Positions 39,406 through 52,690 of a stretch of DNA of 58,174 nt are shown piece by piece (positions within the stretch are counted from its first letter, which is position 1; each line of letters begins with the position of its first letter). This DNA is from Girardia tigrina. Its lineage: Eukaryota. The translations under genes were made by a program, and so were the position numbers. Below the pieces are notes generated by a model. The model worked only from the letters and a program-made list of their open reading frames with translations. It had not been told where the DNA came from and made no database searches. Location of the stretch: assembly GCA_001938485.1 (NCBI GenBank), contig MQRK01196814.1:72367-130540 (forward strand), given 5' to 3'.

Positions 39406-40559
39406 TATTCAAACACCAATTAATTGAAAAAATCACTATTATCAAGACAATTATTTGTAAACTGATTTGCTTCTGTTGATCAATTTCAGACCCTCCTGTT
39501 TATCAATCTCTTATTCATATTTGTTATAGAACTAGATATAATACTCTGACGAAACATTTGAAGCCAAGATTCGTCGTAGTCAAAAACCTCAACAACCTCC
39601 TTAATTCGACATTACGATCAAGGTACCCTATTCGAATTTTTTTTCTTAACCTGAAACTCAAAGTAAGGTAGTACATTAATATTTTCATCTCTCTTCAAAC
39701 TTGAGTTTTCTCATTTCTTTCTATTCGTCAATTTATTTGTTACCACATTATAATTTTTAGTGTAACTCAAATTTTTATTCTTATTTACATTAATTTTATT
39801 TTGGTTAAGATAAGTGGGTTCATCAGACACTCTACGCTCGGTTAGCCCAAGGCCATTAGCAATTAAAAAGATGTTTTTATCAAGATAAATAGATATTAGG
39901 GAAATAACATATTCAAATATCGGAAGAAAAAAAATGAAAATTAATAAGAGAAAATTAATTTCCGGTTCCGATTTGATATTTGTAAAACTAAAAAAGAAGA
40001 TTCTTAAAATTCATTAAGAGAAATCAAGAAAGGGATCACAGACACATTTTTTTATAAAAACTTGGAACTTGTATTTTGAAAAATGAACATTATTACGAAA
40101 TGTTATTTGATTGTTTCTGTGTCTCGGAGAGCATCAGTGTTGTAATTCCGAACTGACATAAAATATGAATAATATTTAAAAAGATTCGCGATTGATTAAA
40201 AAATAAGAATGTGTTTGAGACGTGTTAGGATTAAATTAAAAATCTTAAAACAGTTTCTCCTGTCACCCAGGGACCCCCAACAACGCACCAGCGCCATAGA
40301 GACGTTACTGAGTGTGACACGACAAAGTCGCACACTGAAATCTGTGCTAAAATTAATTTAAAAATTGTTCTTTAAAATATGTTGATTTTATATTAATAAA
40401 TCGTTATTACTAGGAATATTTTTGAAAGATTAATTTATAAAAGGTATAAATTTATAAATAAAAAAAAATTAATTTTTTATAAATATAAAAAACAAGTTTG
40501 TTTTAAATAACTACAAATAAACAAATTAATTTTGAATATTATGAATATCATTAATACTA

Positions 40560-40898
40560 TACGAATGGTACAGATATCAAAATATTACAGATATTGTGTA
40601 AAGCGAAAACAAGATGACTCATCTTCCTGGAGATGTGTCAAACGAGAATGTGTCGGAAGACGGACGACAGAAACTAATGGAACAGTACTGAATATTATTG
40701 ATCACATGCATGCTCCAGACAATTCTAAGAATGAATCTGAAAAAATAAAATCAAATATACGTGAACGCAAAGTAAACAGCGTAACGACGAAAACTTTAAA
40801 TTATATACAAAAATATTTATTGCACTAAATTTTTTTAAAATTTATTTTAACGCATTTGTCGGCCCTCATTTTTCAAGTGCGCATTTTTCGGGGTACCG
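40560..40898 (+). mobile_element. MULE-like fragment (FLYWCH-type finger and terminus)
   Basis: YRY...SWRCVKREC...DHMHAP; cgcatttgtc subterminal repeats ending ggtaccg. Confidence 0.65.
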
Positions 40899-42590
40899 TA
40901 CTGAGCACATATGCTAATATCAACATCTGCTAATTAAATGTTTAATAAATTTACTTTATAATCATATTTTATAATCTACTTTTATAATCTAATCTTTTCC
41001 TTGATAAATAATTGCAAATAATGTATTCTGTAATAACATCAGAAAGGTCAAAAATATTAAAACTTAAAAGTGTACTTTTTAATATTATATAAAAAACAAA
41101 ATAGAAAGAAGGAAAAATCACAACTATAACATCGAAAATACTTAAAAAGAATTTTATTGTTCTCTTCAACCGTAAAACTAATTTTTCAAGAAATTACGAT
41201 AATAAAATCTCTAACGAAACATATTTAATAAGTTCTACTAAGATATGCATAAATATAAAACATATTTTAATTAATGAAATTAGTTTTCTATCCGGTTTGA
41301 CTGTAGGGTACTATTAAAAAGATGAAAATAAAAAAAAACTTGTTTATTCAAAGAAGAATAGAAATAAATTTAAGTATGAAAAAAGTAATCAAACAGGAAA
41401 AAATTATAAAATAAAATATATTTATAAAGATATATAAAAAATTTACTTATGATTCATTGGTAATTTATTACAGAGGCGTGGAAAAAACTGTCGCAAAATA
41501 TAAATAAATAAGTATAAATATTATATTATCAATATCAAGATTACATTTTGTGAAATTAATATTTTCTTTTTTATACAAAATGAAAAACAATTTATTCAAT
41601 TTGGTTAATATAAAAAATTAATGAAAATGTTTTTTTATGTATTTGAACAATGTGTTTCTTTTTTGGTGATTTATTTTATTAGTTTGATAAGGACAGATTT
41701 TTTTCTAATTTTTGTTTAATTAATCATATAATTTTTTGAGAAATATTTTCGGGTCTGCAATTTAATAAAAAATAATTCTCGTTTTAATTTTATTCTAATT
41801 AATACAGTTCCGTAATTTACCTTCATTCTCTTTACAAAATTAAATGTATTTGTAAAGGAAAATGAACATTAATTTATGAAAAAAATATTTATTTTGTATA
41901 TTCCTACAATAATTCTTATGATTAACATTGAATATGAAAACCAAGTCGTAATTTACAAATAACATATTATTTGTACAATATTAAACATACAAGATAGAAA
42001 AAATAATTTGTCGCAATCCGAAAATTATGAACTTCATATTAAAGATTCAAATTTTAATTCCGAATTCCTTTTCCGGAAAAAATATTAAATTCATGTTTTT
42101 GGTAAAACCACTAGAAAAATATAATTTTAAATTTATAGGTTATTTACCAACATAAACTTTGGTAGTTCTCAGACTTTTTAATTTGGCAATTTCTTGATTA
42201 AAATTTTTTTTATTAAATAATTATTATTATTTATTAAGAACATTTAAACAAGTCTCGTTTGAATATTTATTACAATCACATTTAGAGTCATTATGACTCT
42301 CAGAAAGTCTTTCATCGTTTGTCATCCTTCTAATTGGTTTTCTTATTTCTGTTTTAATCATGATTATTCGAACAATTTTTCTAAGTCATTTTTTAAAATA
42401 TTTAGCCTCTAAAAATATTAATTAAAAAAATAATAATTTTTACCATTTTTCAATAAATCTTAAAATAATAAAAATTTCATCAAATTATTAAAAATACATT
42501 TAATTTAAATTTTACAAAAAATATTAAACTTTATTTTAATTATGTTCAAATAGTCAATCACTTTAAATTTAAATAAAAAAATACCAATTT

Positions 42591-42691
42591 CCATCTGGGT
42601 GGGAGAATCACCATTCTAAATTCAACATACTTAAATTAACATACAGCATCACTACATTTACACATTCGAACAAATTAAAATATTCCTCACA
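42591..42691. other. Two-box motif, copy E
   Basis: ccatctgggtgggagaa ... aaatattcctcaca. Confidence 0.9.
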
Positions 42692-42839
42692 TTATTCGTT
42701 GTTTTATTATAATATTTAATATCAATAGAAAAAATAGTACAGTCGGCTTACATTACGTAAAAGTTTTTTTCAATTTTTAAAGAGGTTCTAAGAAAGAAAT
42801 TGAAGGGATTATAAAAATATAATATTAGATTATAAAAAT

Positions 42840-43200
42840 ATGTCATATAGTTCCTTATTCTGAAGGATATAAAAGCTTGAACATATAAATTTTAAAATAA
42901 TATCATGATCTCATTAAACTGAAACACTGAAATATAATAATTAATTGAGATTATGCATTATTTTTATAAAATTGTTTATAAATATAAATATAATGGGTGT
43001 GATACTACATACATTGGAGAGACTTTCCGTCCACTCAGTAAAGGAATTCAAGAACATGGTCGAAAAGAGGGTGAGTAAAATTGATTAAAATAAGCAAAAA
43101 ATGAAACCGTGATATAAAAATTTATAATTTCAGAATTCTATGTAACCATTTTAATAGTAACTTGTAGAGAGTTTAGTGTGAATCATTTAATTAAAAATTT
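42840..43200 (+). mobile_element. PLE fragment (GIY-YIG)
   Basis: VPYSEG; IVYKYKYNGCDTTYIGETFRPL..IQEH. Confidence 0.8.
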
Positions 43201-44258
43201 TAACAAAAATTTAATAAAGTACGTAAAAACATAAAAAAAATAAATAAATTTTATAAAACTAAAAAAGAGTTATATTTTTTTAAGTAATCATTTAAAAAAC
43301 AGAGTTTAATAATCTAGAAAATTTAGATAAATACTTTTTTCGGAATTATTTTGAAAATAAAAAAAAATGAAATTAAAAATAAGTTAAAGTGAAAATTGCA
43401 GAAATAAATTTTAAACAATGAAAGTTTAAAAAAATCTAACAAAAGTACAAATTTTATTTTAAAGAAGATAAATGTATTGTGGCGAAATGATTAAATTGGA
43501 TTTAGGAGGAGAAATTTGATTAATTAGTGAAATTTTCATTATTAAATTTATTAAATGAATTCTAATATTTAATCAAACATTATAGAAGATAATGTCAATA
43601 TTGTTAGTAGTTTTCTTTCATAAAATCATGTCGAATAATGGAAACATTTCTATGAATAGAGAATTGATTCTCAGAAAATTTATTCAACACAAAACTTTTT
43701 GCTAATATTTTCAACGAATATAATTTTAAAAAAATTTTAATTTCTCTATGGAATATGAAGAAAAACTTTCGATTCAGAGACATTTTGCTCAACTCCAGAA
43801 GAAATGTTAAAAAGAAATTTCCTCCATTTCCATTCTTCCTAAAGAGAAATAAATCTAAATTTCTGTCCGAAATGTCATCCAAGTTAAAATGCGGTGAATA
43901 AAAAATGAGAAAAATATCAAATTAAGATGTGAAAAATTAAAAAAATCATTTTATGTAAAGTGATAAAATTTCACCGATAAAATTTAAATATTTTTTGTCA
44001 AAGAATCAAGTATAAATAAAAAAGTGATAATGGAAGTTGAGTATTAACATACAATTAGTAAGAATAGTATTATAAGTTTAGTAATATTTTCCTACCAAGT
44101 CTGTCCTCTATATATATGTATATAGTATTGAGTCTTGTGAACACCAATTTAATATTTTTGAAAAATATTTTTCCTAAATTTTTTTTTAAGAAATTTGTTA
44201 TTGTTAATGTTTTGGAACTCATTTTCCATGGTCATCAATTATAATGATATATGTAAGA

Positions 44259-45528
44259 TACGTGGTGGCTCAATAAGTAGTGAGCCTAACATAGAAATAG
44301 TATTCTGATTCCAATGAATTTTTTTCATAACAAGCAAGTTATTAAGGTAATATTTGTGATATTTGTTTTAATCTATTATTTGTGCTTAGGTTAGAGAGCG
44401 CATACATTCGAAAATGTGATTGGAAAACGTCCAATATCGAAGCGTTATTCGTTTCTTGTTAATGAAAGGGAAAAGCCGTGAAGAAATATTCGTAGAGCTT
44501 AGTTCTGGAGAAGAGGCCATCCATATCTACTGACAAACGATGGTTCAACCATTTTCGAGATGGTCGAACGTCTGTTTTTTATGAAGAAAAGTCAGGTAGG
44601 CCACGTGAAATTTGCGAAGAAATAGCGAAAACACTCAAAAAATAGTCCAGTAAGAGCGACGAATCACCACCAGAGATTAAATGCGATTAAATGTCAGCAT
44701 AGGTACCAGACAATCACTGCTTGCGGAAACTGGAATTAGAAAATTGTGTTCACGCTTTGGGCCACGATTTTTAATAGCAAACATGAAGGATCGGCGATTG
44801 ATGTGCTGCCAGGAAAACTTAAACCTCTATGTACGTATTGGAGACCGCTTCTTACAGAATATTATGACAATGTATGAAACACCACTTGCCCTTTATGTCC
44901 CAGAATCACGACGTGAGTCTCAAGAGTGGAAGCTACCAGGAGAAGGGTGTTCGAAGAAGATGCGATCATCAACCTCTCAAAAAAAGCTATCATGCTCACC
45001 ACTTTTTTGGATGCAAATGGAATGATCCTTGTTGATTTTGCGGAAGCTGATGTTCGTATCAACAGTGAATACTACTCCCGGCTCGTGCTACATGCCAGAA
45101 AGCTGAGAAGGAAGAGCAGAGTTTGTGAGTTATATTATTTGCGCAACAATGCACCCATCCACACAAGTGGGTTTTCAATGTCATTAAGTGAGAGTTGTGG
45201 CCTCACCCAGCTCTCACACCCTCCATACAGCCCGGATCTGGCGCTATCCGATTATCATCTCTTCAACCACCTCAAACGAGCTCTCAACATTTTGCTATGA
45301 AAGAAGGCTTAAAAGATGCAGTCTCAAATTTCTTGGCTCAACAGCCACCGAAATTCTTTGAAAAAGCCTTTCTGGACCTTGTTGTGCGCTGGAAAAAAAT
45401 GTGTTGGTGTGAATGTAGATTTCTTTGAGAAATGATGCCTTTATAACTTGTTTGTTATGGAATCATTGTCATTGGAATCGGATTATTATTTTTATGTTAG
45501 GCTCACTACTTATTGAGCACACCACGTA
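44259..45528 (+). mobile_element. mariner transposon, full length, inactive
   Basis: TIRs cgtggtggctcaataagtagtgagcctaacata / tatgttaggctcactacttattgagcacaccacg with TA; SGRP, NAPIH, HPPYSPDLALSDY. Confidence 0.95.
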
Positions 45529-46359
45529 ATAAATAAGATATTTAATATTAATTGCCAAAATTTTTTATTTGTTTCATTTAAAGATTTGAAGAATTGAGAC
45601 GGTCTTACTTTGCCCATTTTGAATATTGATTAATGTAACTATGGTGTATATAAGTATATTAACAATGATTCAGAAAACTGCATCTTAATGAAAGTACGAA
45701 TCAAAGTCCTTTTGTAAAACAGAAAACTCATCTTTTGAAAGAGAAGAGATTCTATTTTTACAACTAAAAAATAAAAAAAAAACATGTCATTTTAAAGAAA
45801 ATGAAGCCGTTATAATTATGCATTAACTTAATATTAATAATGTTTTTTTAAATAAATGTATATTAAGGGAATATTTGATAATGTTATACATGGGAAAAGT
45901 TGAATAACAGTTTTTCTTGCACATATACTTTAAAAACATCTTGGAAATTTCAACAAAAATATTAAAAGAGTAATTACAAAGCGCTAAAATAATTAAAAAT
46001 AGAATTTAATGAGGAATTTAAAATCATATTTCCGTATATGTCGACATTGGCATGGGTAATAATAATTGTTTTTAATATTTTAAATTATTAATAATAGTTT
46101 AAAGTCTTTCTAATGAGAGTGTAGGAAGCAAAGTTTGTGAAATAGGTCATATTTATGTAGGTTATGTCGTTGATTAATATAATTTCTATACAAAAAATTT
46201 TCACAAAATTAATACTTTATGGAGTACGTAAATTAATCTTAGTAAAATATAATGTACAGGAAAACATAAAAATATAATATAAAAATATAAATATAATAAA
46301 ATATAATACTCTAAGATTATATTTTGTAGTGTAATAATTTGTTACTGGTAAACCAAAAC

Positions 46360-46458
46360 CTTCAGAAAGCAATGAAAGCTTATCTGGTTAGTTCATTTGA
46401 GGAGATTACTTAGTGCGCAATTCATGCCAAAAAAGTGATGATAATGCCAAAGGACATT
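46360..46458 (+). pseudogene. Histone H3 C-terminal fragment
   Basis: [32 protein letters not shown] versus H3 [33 protein letters not shown]. Confidence 0.8.
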
Positions 46459-46979
46459 TTTGATTGTTGTTTAGCGGAAATTTAAGAAAGCTCGAATGTT
46501 AAATCAATATACAACATGCCTTACTTTAAATTCCGAAATTAAAGTTCTAATTATTTTTAAACTAAACAAATCGATCTGATCAGCTCAACTAAGCTTTTCT
46601 TCAGAATCTATTTTTTAATTTCCGACTTTCTTGGCCTTTAATTTTCAGGGAACTTTAATTCACAAGAATCGTTAAAATCACAGGTACTTTTGATTCTTAT
46701 TTCACTCGTTGCACGTGCAATAATTCCGAATGCACAATTTTAGTTCAATACCAAAATCAAACGTAAATCCAGCGTCAATCTTCTACATACATTTCATTTA
46801 AACTTAACTCGAATTATAGAAACTATAATCATCTTTCAATCTGTCATTTACATTTTATTATGTTATAAACCTTCTCTCAATGTTCATTGATTTTCTAAAA
46901 CACACTTGAAGAATAAAAAATCTTTTATTACGTTGTTCCAGTTCTTTTTTGTTATTTTACTCACACCCTCATCCATACC

Positions 46980-46996
46980 CACACACACATATATAA

Positions 46997-47050
<54 letters not shown>
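46980..47050. repeat. (CA)n/(TA)n microsatellite; other (TA)n tracts near 15550-15660, 20900-20930 and 48900-49025
   Basis: Direct observation; several abut assembly gaps. Confidence 0.95.
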
Positions 47051-47055
<5 letters not shown>

Positions 47056-48606
47056 AGTCTTGTGAACGCAAGTTTAGTATTTCGAAAATATAATTTGATT
47101 AAAGCTTTTTTAATACAACTATTGGACATNNNNNNNNNNNNNNNNNNNNNNNNNNNNNNNNNNNNNNNNNNNNNNNNNNNNNNNNNNNNNNNNNNNNNNN
47201 NNNNNNNNNNNNNNNNNNNNNNNNNNNNNNNNNNNNNNNNNNNNNNNNNNNNNNNNNNNNNNNNNNNNNNNNNNNNNNNNNNNNNNNNNNNNNNNNNNNN
47301 NNNNNNNNNNNNNNNNNNNNNNNNNNNNNNNNNNNNNNNNNNNNNNNNNNNNNNNNNNNNNNNNNNNNNNNNNNNNNNNNNNNNNNNNNNNNNNNNNNNN
47401 NNNNNNNNNNNNNNNNNNNNNNNNNNNNNNNNNNNNNNNNNNNNNNNNNNNNNNNNNNNNNNNNNNNNNNNNNNNNNNNNNNNNNNNNNNNNNNNNNNNN
47501 NNNNNNNNNNNNNNNNNNNNNNNNNNNNNNNNNNNNNNNNNNNNNNNNNNNNNNNNNNNNNNNNNNNNNNNNNNNNNNNNNNNNNNNNNNNNNNNNNNNN
47601 NNNNNNNNNNNNNNNNNNNNNNNNNNNNNNNNNNNNNNNNNNNNNNNNNNNNNNNNNNNNNNNNNNNNNNNNNNNNNNNNNNNNNNNNNNNNNNNNNNNN
47701 NNNNNNNNNNNNNNNNNNNNNNNNNNNNNNNNNNNNNNNNNNNNNNNNNNNNNNNNNNNNNNNNNNNNNNNNNNNNNNNNNNNNNNNNNNNNNNNNNNNN
47801 NNNNNNNNNNNNNNNNNNNNNNNNNNNNNNNNNNNNNNNNNNNNNNNNNNNNNNNNNNNNNNNNNNNNNNNNNNNNNNNNNNNNNNNNNNNNNNNNNNNN
47901 NNNNNNNNNNNNNNNNNNNNNNNNNNNNNNNNNNNNNNNNNNNNNNNNNNNNNNNNNNNNNNNNNNNNNNNNNNNNNNNNNNNNNNNNNNNNNNNNNNNN
48001 NNNNNNNNNNNNNNNNNNNNNNNNNNNNNNNNNNNNNTATATTAGGGTGTCCCTTAAATTTCAAGTTCGATATTTTTTACACATACCTTCTTCAAAGTTT
48101 TTTAATAACCGTATATTGTCAAGAAAAAAATATTAGTTCGATTTATAAACGATAACCCGTATCGACTTGCGATTTAAACTTGTCCATACAAGTTGCTCTA
48201 GTTGCCACTACGAAACTTAGAAAACCAACGTTGTACTGTTCGTAAATTAGTGGTATGTTGTCCAAATACATTATTATTATTCTGAGTCGTTTCTGTCGCT
48301 TTTCGACCTAGTTTTAAATCGTAGAATAAAATTGTTCCCATTTCCTTCTTTTCTAACATTTCTAAAATAAAATAAATACACCTTAAATCAACAACAAAAA
48401 TGTCATACTGGTATCAAAATATAGAGTAAAGTTTAAGTTTTAAAGTAAATTTAAATATGAATCTATTTATTAATAATTTTCTAAATATTTCAAACAATGA
48501 ATATTAAATAAATTTAAAACGGCATTTCTTTTGCATCAACCTATATATATATATATATATATATATATCGCAAAATTGTTTTAGCCTATTTAAAAACGAA
48601 AAAACA

Positions 48607-48890
48607 TCTTTTAAGTCACCATTTATTATTTCACAACATCATCAGGTGGATCGGCATTGATAGAACATATTTTTAAACATTCAAAACTAAAACCAAAAGA
48701 GTTTGTATCAAACACTGAATATTTGTTAGAATTCTTTTTTGGGATACAAAATACTTAAAGCTAACAAAAGATTTATTTATTTTAATTTATTTTTAAAAAA
48801 AAATTATCTCTTCTATCAATGTCGATCAACCTGATGATGTTTTGTTAAGAACAAAACATGGGGTGAAATAATAAATAGTGACTCAAAAGA
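48607..48890. repeat. Inverted repeat (48607-48665 / 48811-48890) with a CTGATGA hammerhead-like core; likely PLE ends
   Basis: Arms are reverse complements apart from an internal deletion; the right arm has CTGATGA-stem-AAAA (GAAA lost). Confidence 0.5.
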
Positions 48891-48897
48891 CATGTAC

Positions 48898-48953
<56 letters not shown>

Positions 48954-51099
48954 NNNNNNNNNNNNNNNNNNNNNNNNNNNNNNNNNNNNNNNNNNNNNNN
49001 NNNATATATATATATATATATATATACTTTAATTGAATGCTGCATTGATTTCTTGTTATTCTGTTGCCATAAAGCTTCAATATGAAGTAACAGTTGTGTA
49101 CGTTCATTTTGGCAAATTTACTGCAGAAATTATTTTTGAAACAGTAATCATTTATAAATATTGTAGTTTTAAAAACGTAGTAATCACTTTATTAATAGAT
49201 TTACTTATAATATAGTCATTAAAATATAAAAAGTAACTTTAATCATGATTTTTATTAATGCAAAATGTCTTTTTATTGAAAGTAATAAGCAAATAATAAT
49301 TAATTACAAATTTCGTCATTACTCATTAAAATAATACAGTCTAATTAAAACTATATATCAAGTTTATTAAGAGGCTTGGAATTCCTGAAAGTACACTTAC
49401 AACGTTGTTTAACCTCTCGGGCATCATGCTGCAGCAACTAGCAGTAATCTGCAAGCATAGCACTACACTATTGCCTTGGCAACGTGACTCAATTAAAGCA
49501 ATTTTCTGGTAGAAACACTATCATTATTCCTCACCAAAAATTGTTTAGGAATATAATGAACAGTCTTGAAAGCTTGAACCATTAATCATCAAGTTGTTTC
49601 ATGGATTATTTAAATAAATACAAAAATTAGATTTAAGTATAACAAAAAAACGAAATGTCTTGAAAAATAAATTTTACTAAATATACAATACAACAAAAAA
49701 GTATTTTTATTTGTTAATAAAAAAAGTAAAAAAAGAAAAGTTTCTTTTCTTAGATTCTCCCAATTAATGTTATCACAGTAATGAAGCCAAAATTCCGGTA
49801 ATATCACAATCAAAATTAATTAAAATTAACAATTATAATTCTTCGACATCGTTTCATTTTTTTTCTTAAGAAAAACGTCACTTTGATGTTTCGTTTTTTT
49901 TCCAAGTATGAAAACATTTTTTGCTTTTTTGTTTATTTTTATTTCTATTTATAATATTTCGATGAAAACCCGAAAAAGGAAAAGTTTATATTTACTTAAT
50001 ATATCAACAAATAATTGAAATTAAATTGTCGTAACCTCGTTTATATATTTTTATATACCAAAATATGTATATAATTATCTATCATGAAAAGAATTGTGTG
50101 TTGTGATATTTATTTAAAAAAAAAGAATTATGTTGTTAATTTTAATCCTTGGGTGAAATGTTTTTTTATTTTTAATTTAGTTTTATTTTTTATTATAAAG
50201 AAAAATAAAATTGGGAATTTGTCAGAAGTAAATTAAATAATTAAACATAAATTACGATCGATAAAAAAATCAATTATCCAAGCAAGGAATTAACGTTAAT
50301 TATAAATTGGACAGTTATCGGATTCGTGTTATATTTAGTCAAAACATAAGGAAGCAAGAAAATCCCAACCTTTCTTCATTCCTATTCAAACTAAAGCGAT
50401 CAAGAAGAATTGAATTCGTTGAAGAAAACCGAGTACCACAACTGTAACTGATTACTCGCTCCACTAATTCCAGAGAAACAATCAATACAGAAAAATAAAA
50501 ATTTAATTCATAATATCTCGCCAATCGGGATTTTCGCCTTTTTTATAACAGTTTAATTTCATCAAATTAATCAACGAATAATACTTCTAGTTAAACTGCT
50601 CCAGATAAACGTAAATTAACTTTATTCGTTTGGGTTAATCTCCTGTTGACTATATTTTCTTTGTTCTCGGATAATTTTTTTATTTTCTTTTTATCTATCC
50701 ATTTTTGTTATTGTTAATATATATTCAGTAATTTTAAATATTTTATTTGGTTTATTTCAACCATTTAATTGAACTGAAGGATAAACTATTTGGTATAATT
50801 ATCTCGACTCACTAAATAATAGTTTTCCCTTTCATAAATAATTAAATAATCATAAATATGATTTTTAATTAATTAATTAGAATTTTTATTAATCAAAGGA
50901 TTAAGGTATTTGAGAAAAAAAAACAATTAATTTTATAAATTCATTTAAAAATAATTCAAATAAAAAATAATTAAAAAACTCAAATAAGACAACGTTTTTC
51001 TCAAATATTCTTTGTGAAGAATGTGTAAAGAATATCATTTTTCAAAATAGAATTATAGCTGAAGTTCACATTTTATTTTTCATTCATTTTAAAATAATT

Positions 51100-51480
51100 T
51101 TTATATGACAATATATTTCAACAGATCATCCGTCATCATCGCTGACTAAATTTGGATTCACTTTTACACATATTTTTATTCATATCTACACGTTTCAAAA
51201 AGCATGTGTCAAATCATTTTAAATATGATATGTTGAGGCATAAATTACTCTTTCCCCCTCTTTGAAAGTGTTCTAGAGGGGAAAGAGTAATATTGCTAAG
51301 CATAAAAAGACTTGTTATCGTAATATGAGCATAAATGATTTTAAGATTTTGTGTAAGCATTTTAAAAATTATTGGGAGAGAGTGTCATGTGAAGCATTGT
51401 TGATAAGATCATGTGATCAAAAATCAATGTTCAAACAGCACTCTCAACTAATTTGTTAAGAGTTTTCGATTAGACTGACA
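51100..51480 (+). mobile_element. PLE 3' fragment with an inverted hammerhead-bearing end
   Basis: SNIAKHKKTC..FKNYWERVSCEALLI..INVQ on +; degenerate hammerhead on - at 51106-51147; 17-bp foldback at 51244-51291. Confidence 0.7.
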
Positions 51481-52134
51481 TAAGTGATTACATACTCATT
51501 TATTTCTTATATAAAAGTAATAAAAAAGAACATAATCAGTGATCTAAACCATGGAAATATATTATCTAAAAATATATTTTTAAATGGAGTCTATTTATTT
51601 TTACTAAAAAATTGTCATCTTTTTTCAAATTTTGAATACGTATCATTTCACGCAGTCAATTAAACCAATTGCCATTTAACATTTATAAGGGGAAATCAAA
51701 ATTTAGTTAGTGATCTGATGAAAACTTATGTTAATAAATTTTTTGTAATGAATGCATTTCATTTTAATTAAAAAATTAACTTAAAGACTAAAGCTTCTAA
51801 TTTAATTTTCATCAATTAATACATATATAGTAATAATTTATTTTAATATTTATATAGAAAAAAAATAAATTAATGGTGGATAGAACCAACGGGAACAAAG
51901 CCAAAAAGAAGAAGGAAGAAGAACTCGTTAAAATAATAAAACTTCTGTATTCAGAAGGTTTTCGGAGGATTTAAGAAGATTATTTTATAAAATATTAGTA
52001 ATATTAAGATATCGTACGTAGTATCCAAATGAAGAAATTATCTTACATGTAAATCTAAAATTGTCTATATAGTAAAAGCTAATCTGTGTACAAATTTAAT
52101 TGTTATCGGTTTACATTAAAGAGTTTTTGGAGGA

Positions 52135-52690
52135 GTGGACAAAAATGAGCTGAAGAGACACATCAAAAGGCGCCATGTGCTGTCCGCTTCCACTAATTCT
52201 GATCAACCCAACGAAATACAACGACAACAATTACCATTCCCATGCGCACTGTATAAAAAGTCTTATAAAACAAAGAGGTGGCTGACTAGGTACCTCAAGC
52301 GCGATCATAAATTAGAGGAGACAGAAGAAATTGGAGAATTGACAATGACACCAATACAATCCAGTACAATAAGTAACACAGAAGAAAAATTCGAAGAAAA
52401 CCTAAACATTTCAGACAACCAGATTCAATTCATGACGGTACCTCAGACTATCTTGACGAGGAAGCGATAGAAACGGAAGAAACACATCTGACTTTTAGAA
52501 TTGAAAATCTCACTGTAAGGGGACAGTTCCGATGTCCCTTTCGCGGCTATACGAAGTCCACGAATACAGCCAAAAGTATGCAGAACCACTGATATACAAT
52601 CCATGGATGGTCATTTCTTACAGGATAACCGAAACGATTTCAAAGACCCAAACTATCCGTCCCCGTAGAAGGTCTATCAGACGGGGCTTC
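52135..52690 (+). mobile_element. C2H2 zinc-finger remnant resembling the N-terminus of an R2/NeSL-type retrotransposon
   Basis: LKRHIKRRH, FPCALYKKSYKTKRWLTRYLKRDH, FRCPF...MQNH*YTIH. Confidence 0.45.

Noticed and set aside
10809-42691. CRISPR-like repeat-spacer array
   Set aside because: Copies are dispersed over tens of kb in eukaryotic introns, with two different boxes and no cas genes
45596-45650. Flatworm spliced-leader-like agacggtctta
   Set aside because: Only a short match; no convincing ATG|GT junction, stem-loops or Sm site
46906-48064. Long ORFs (379 and 321 aa)
   Set aside because: Artefacts of a ~900-base N gap; the gap could hide a further KCNQ exon
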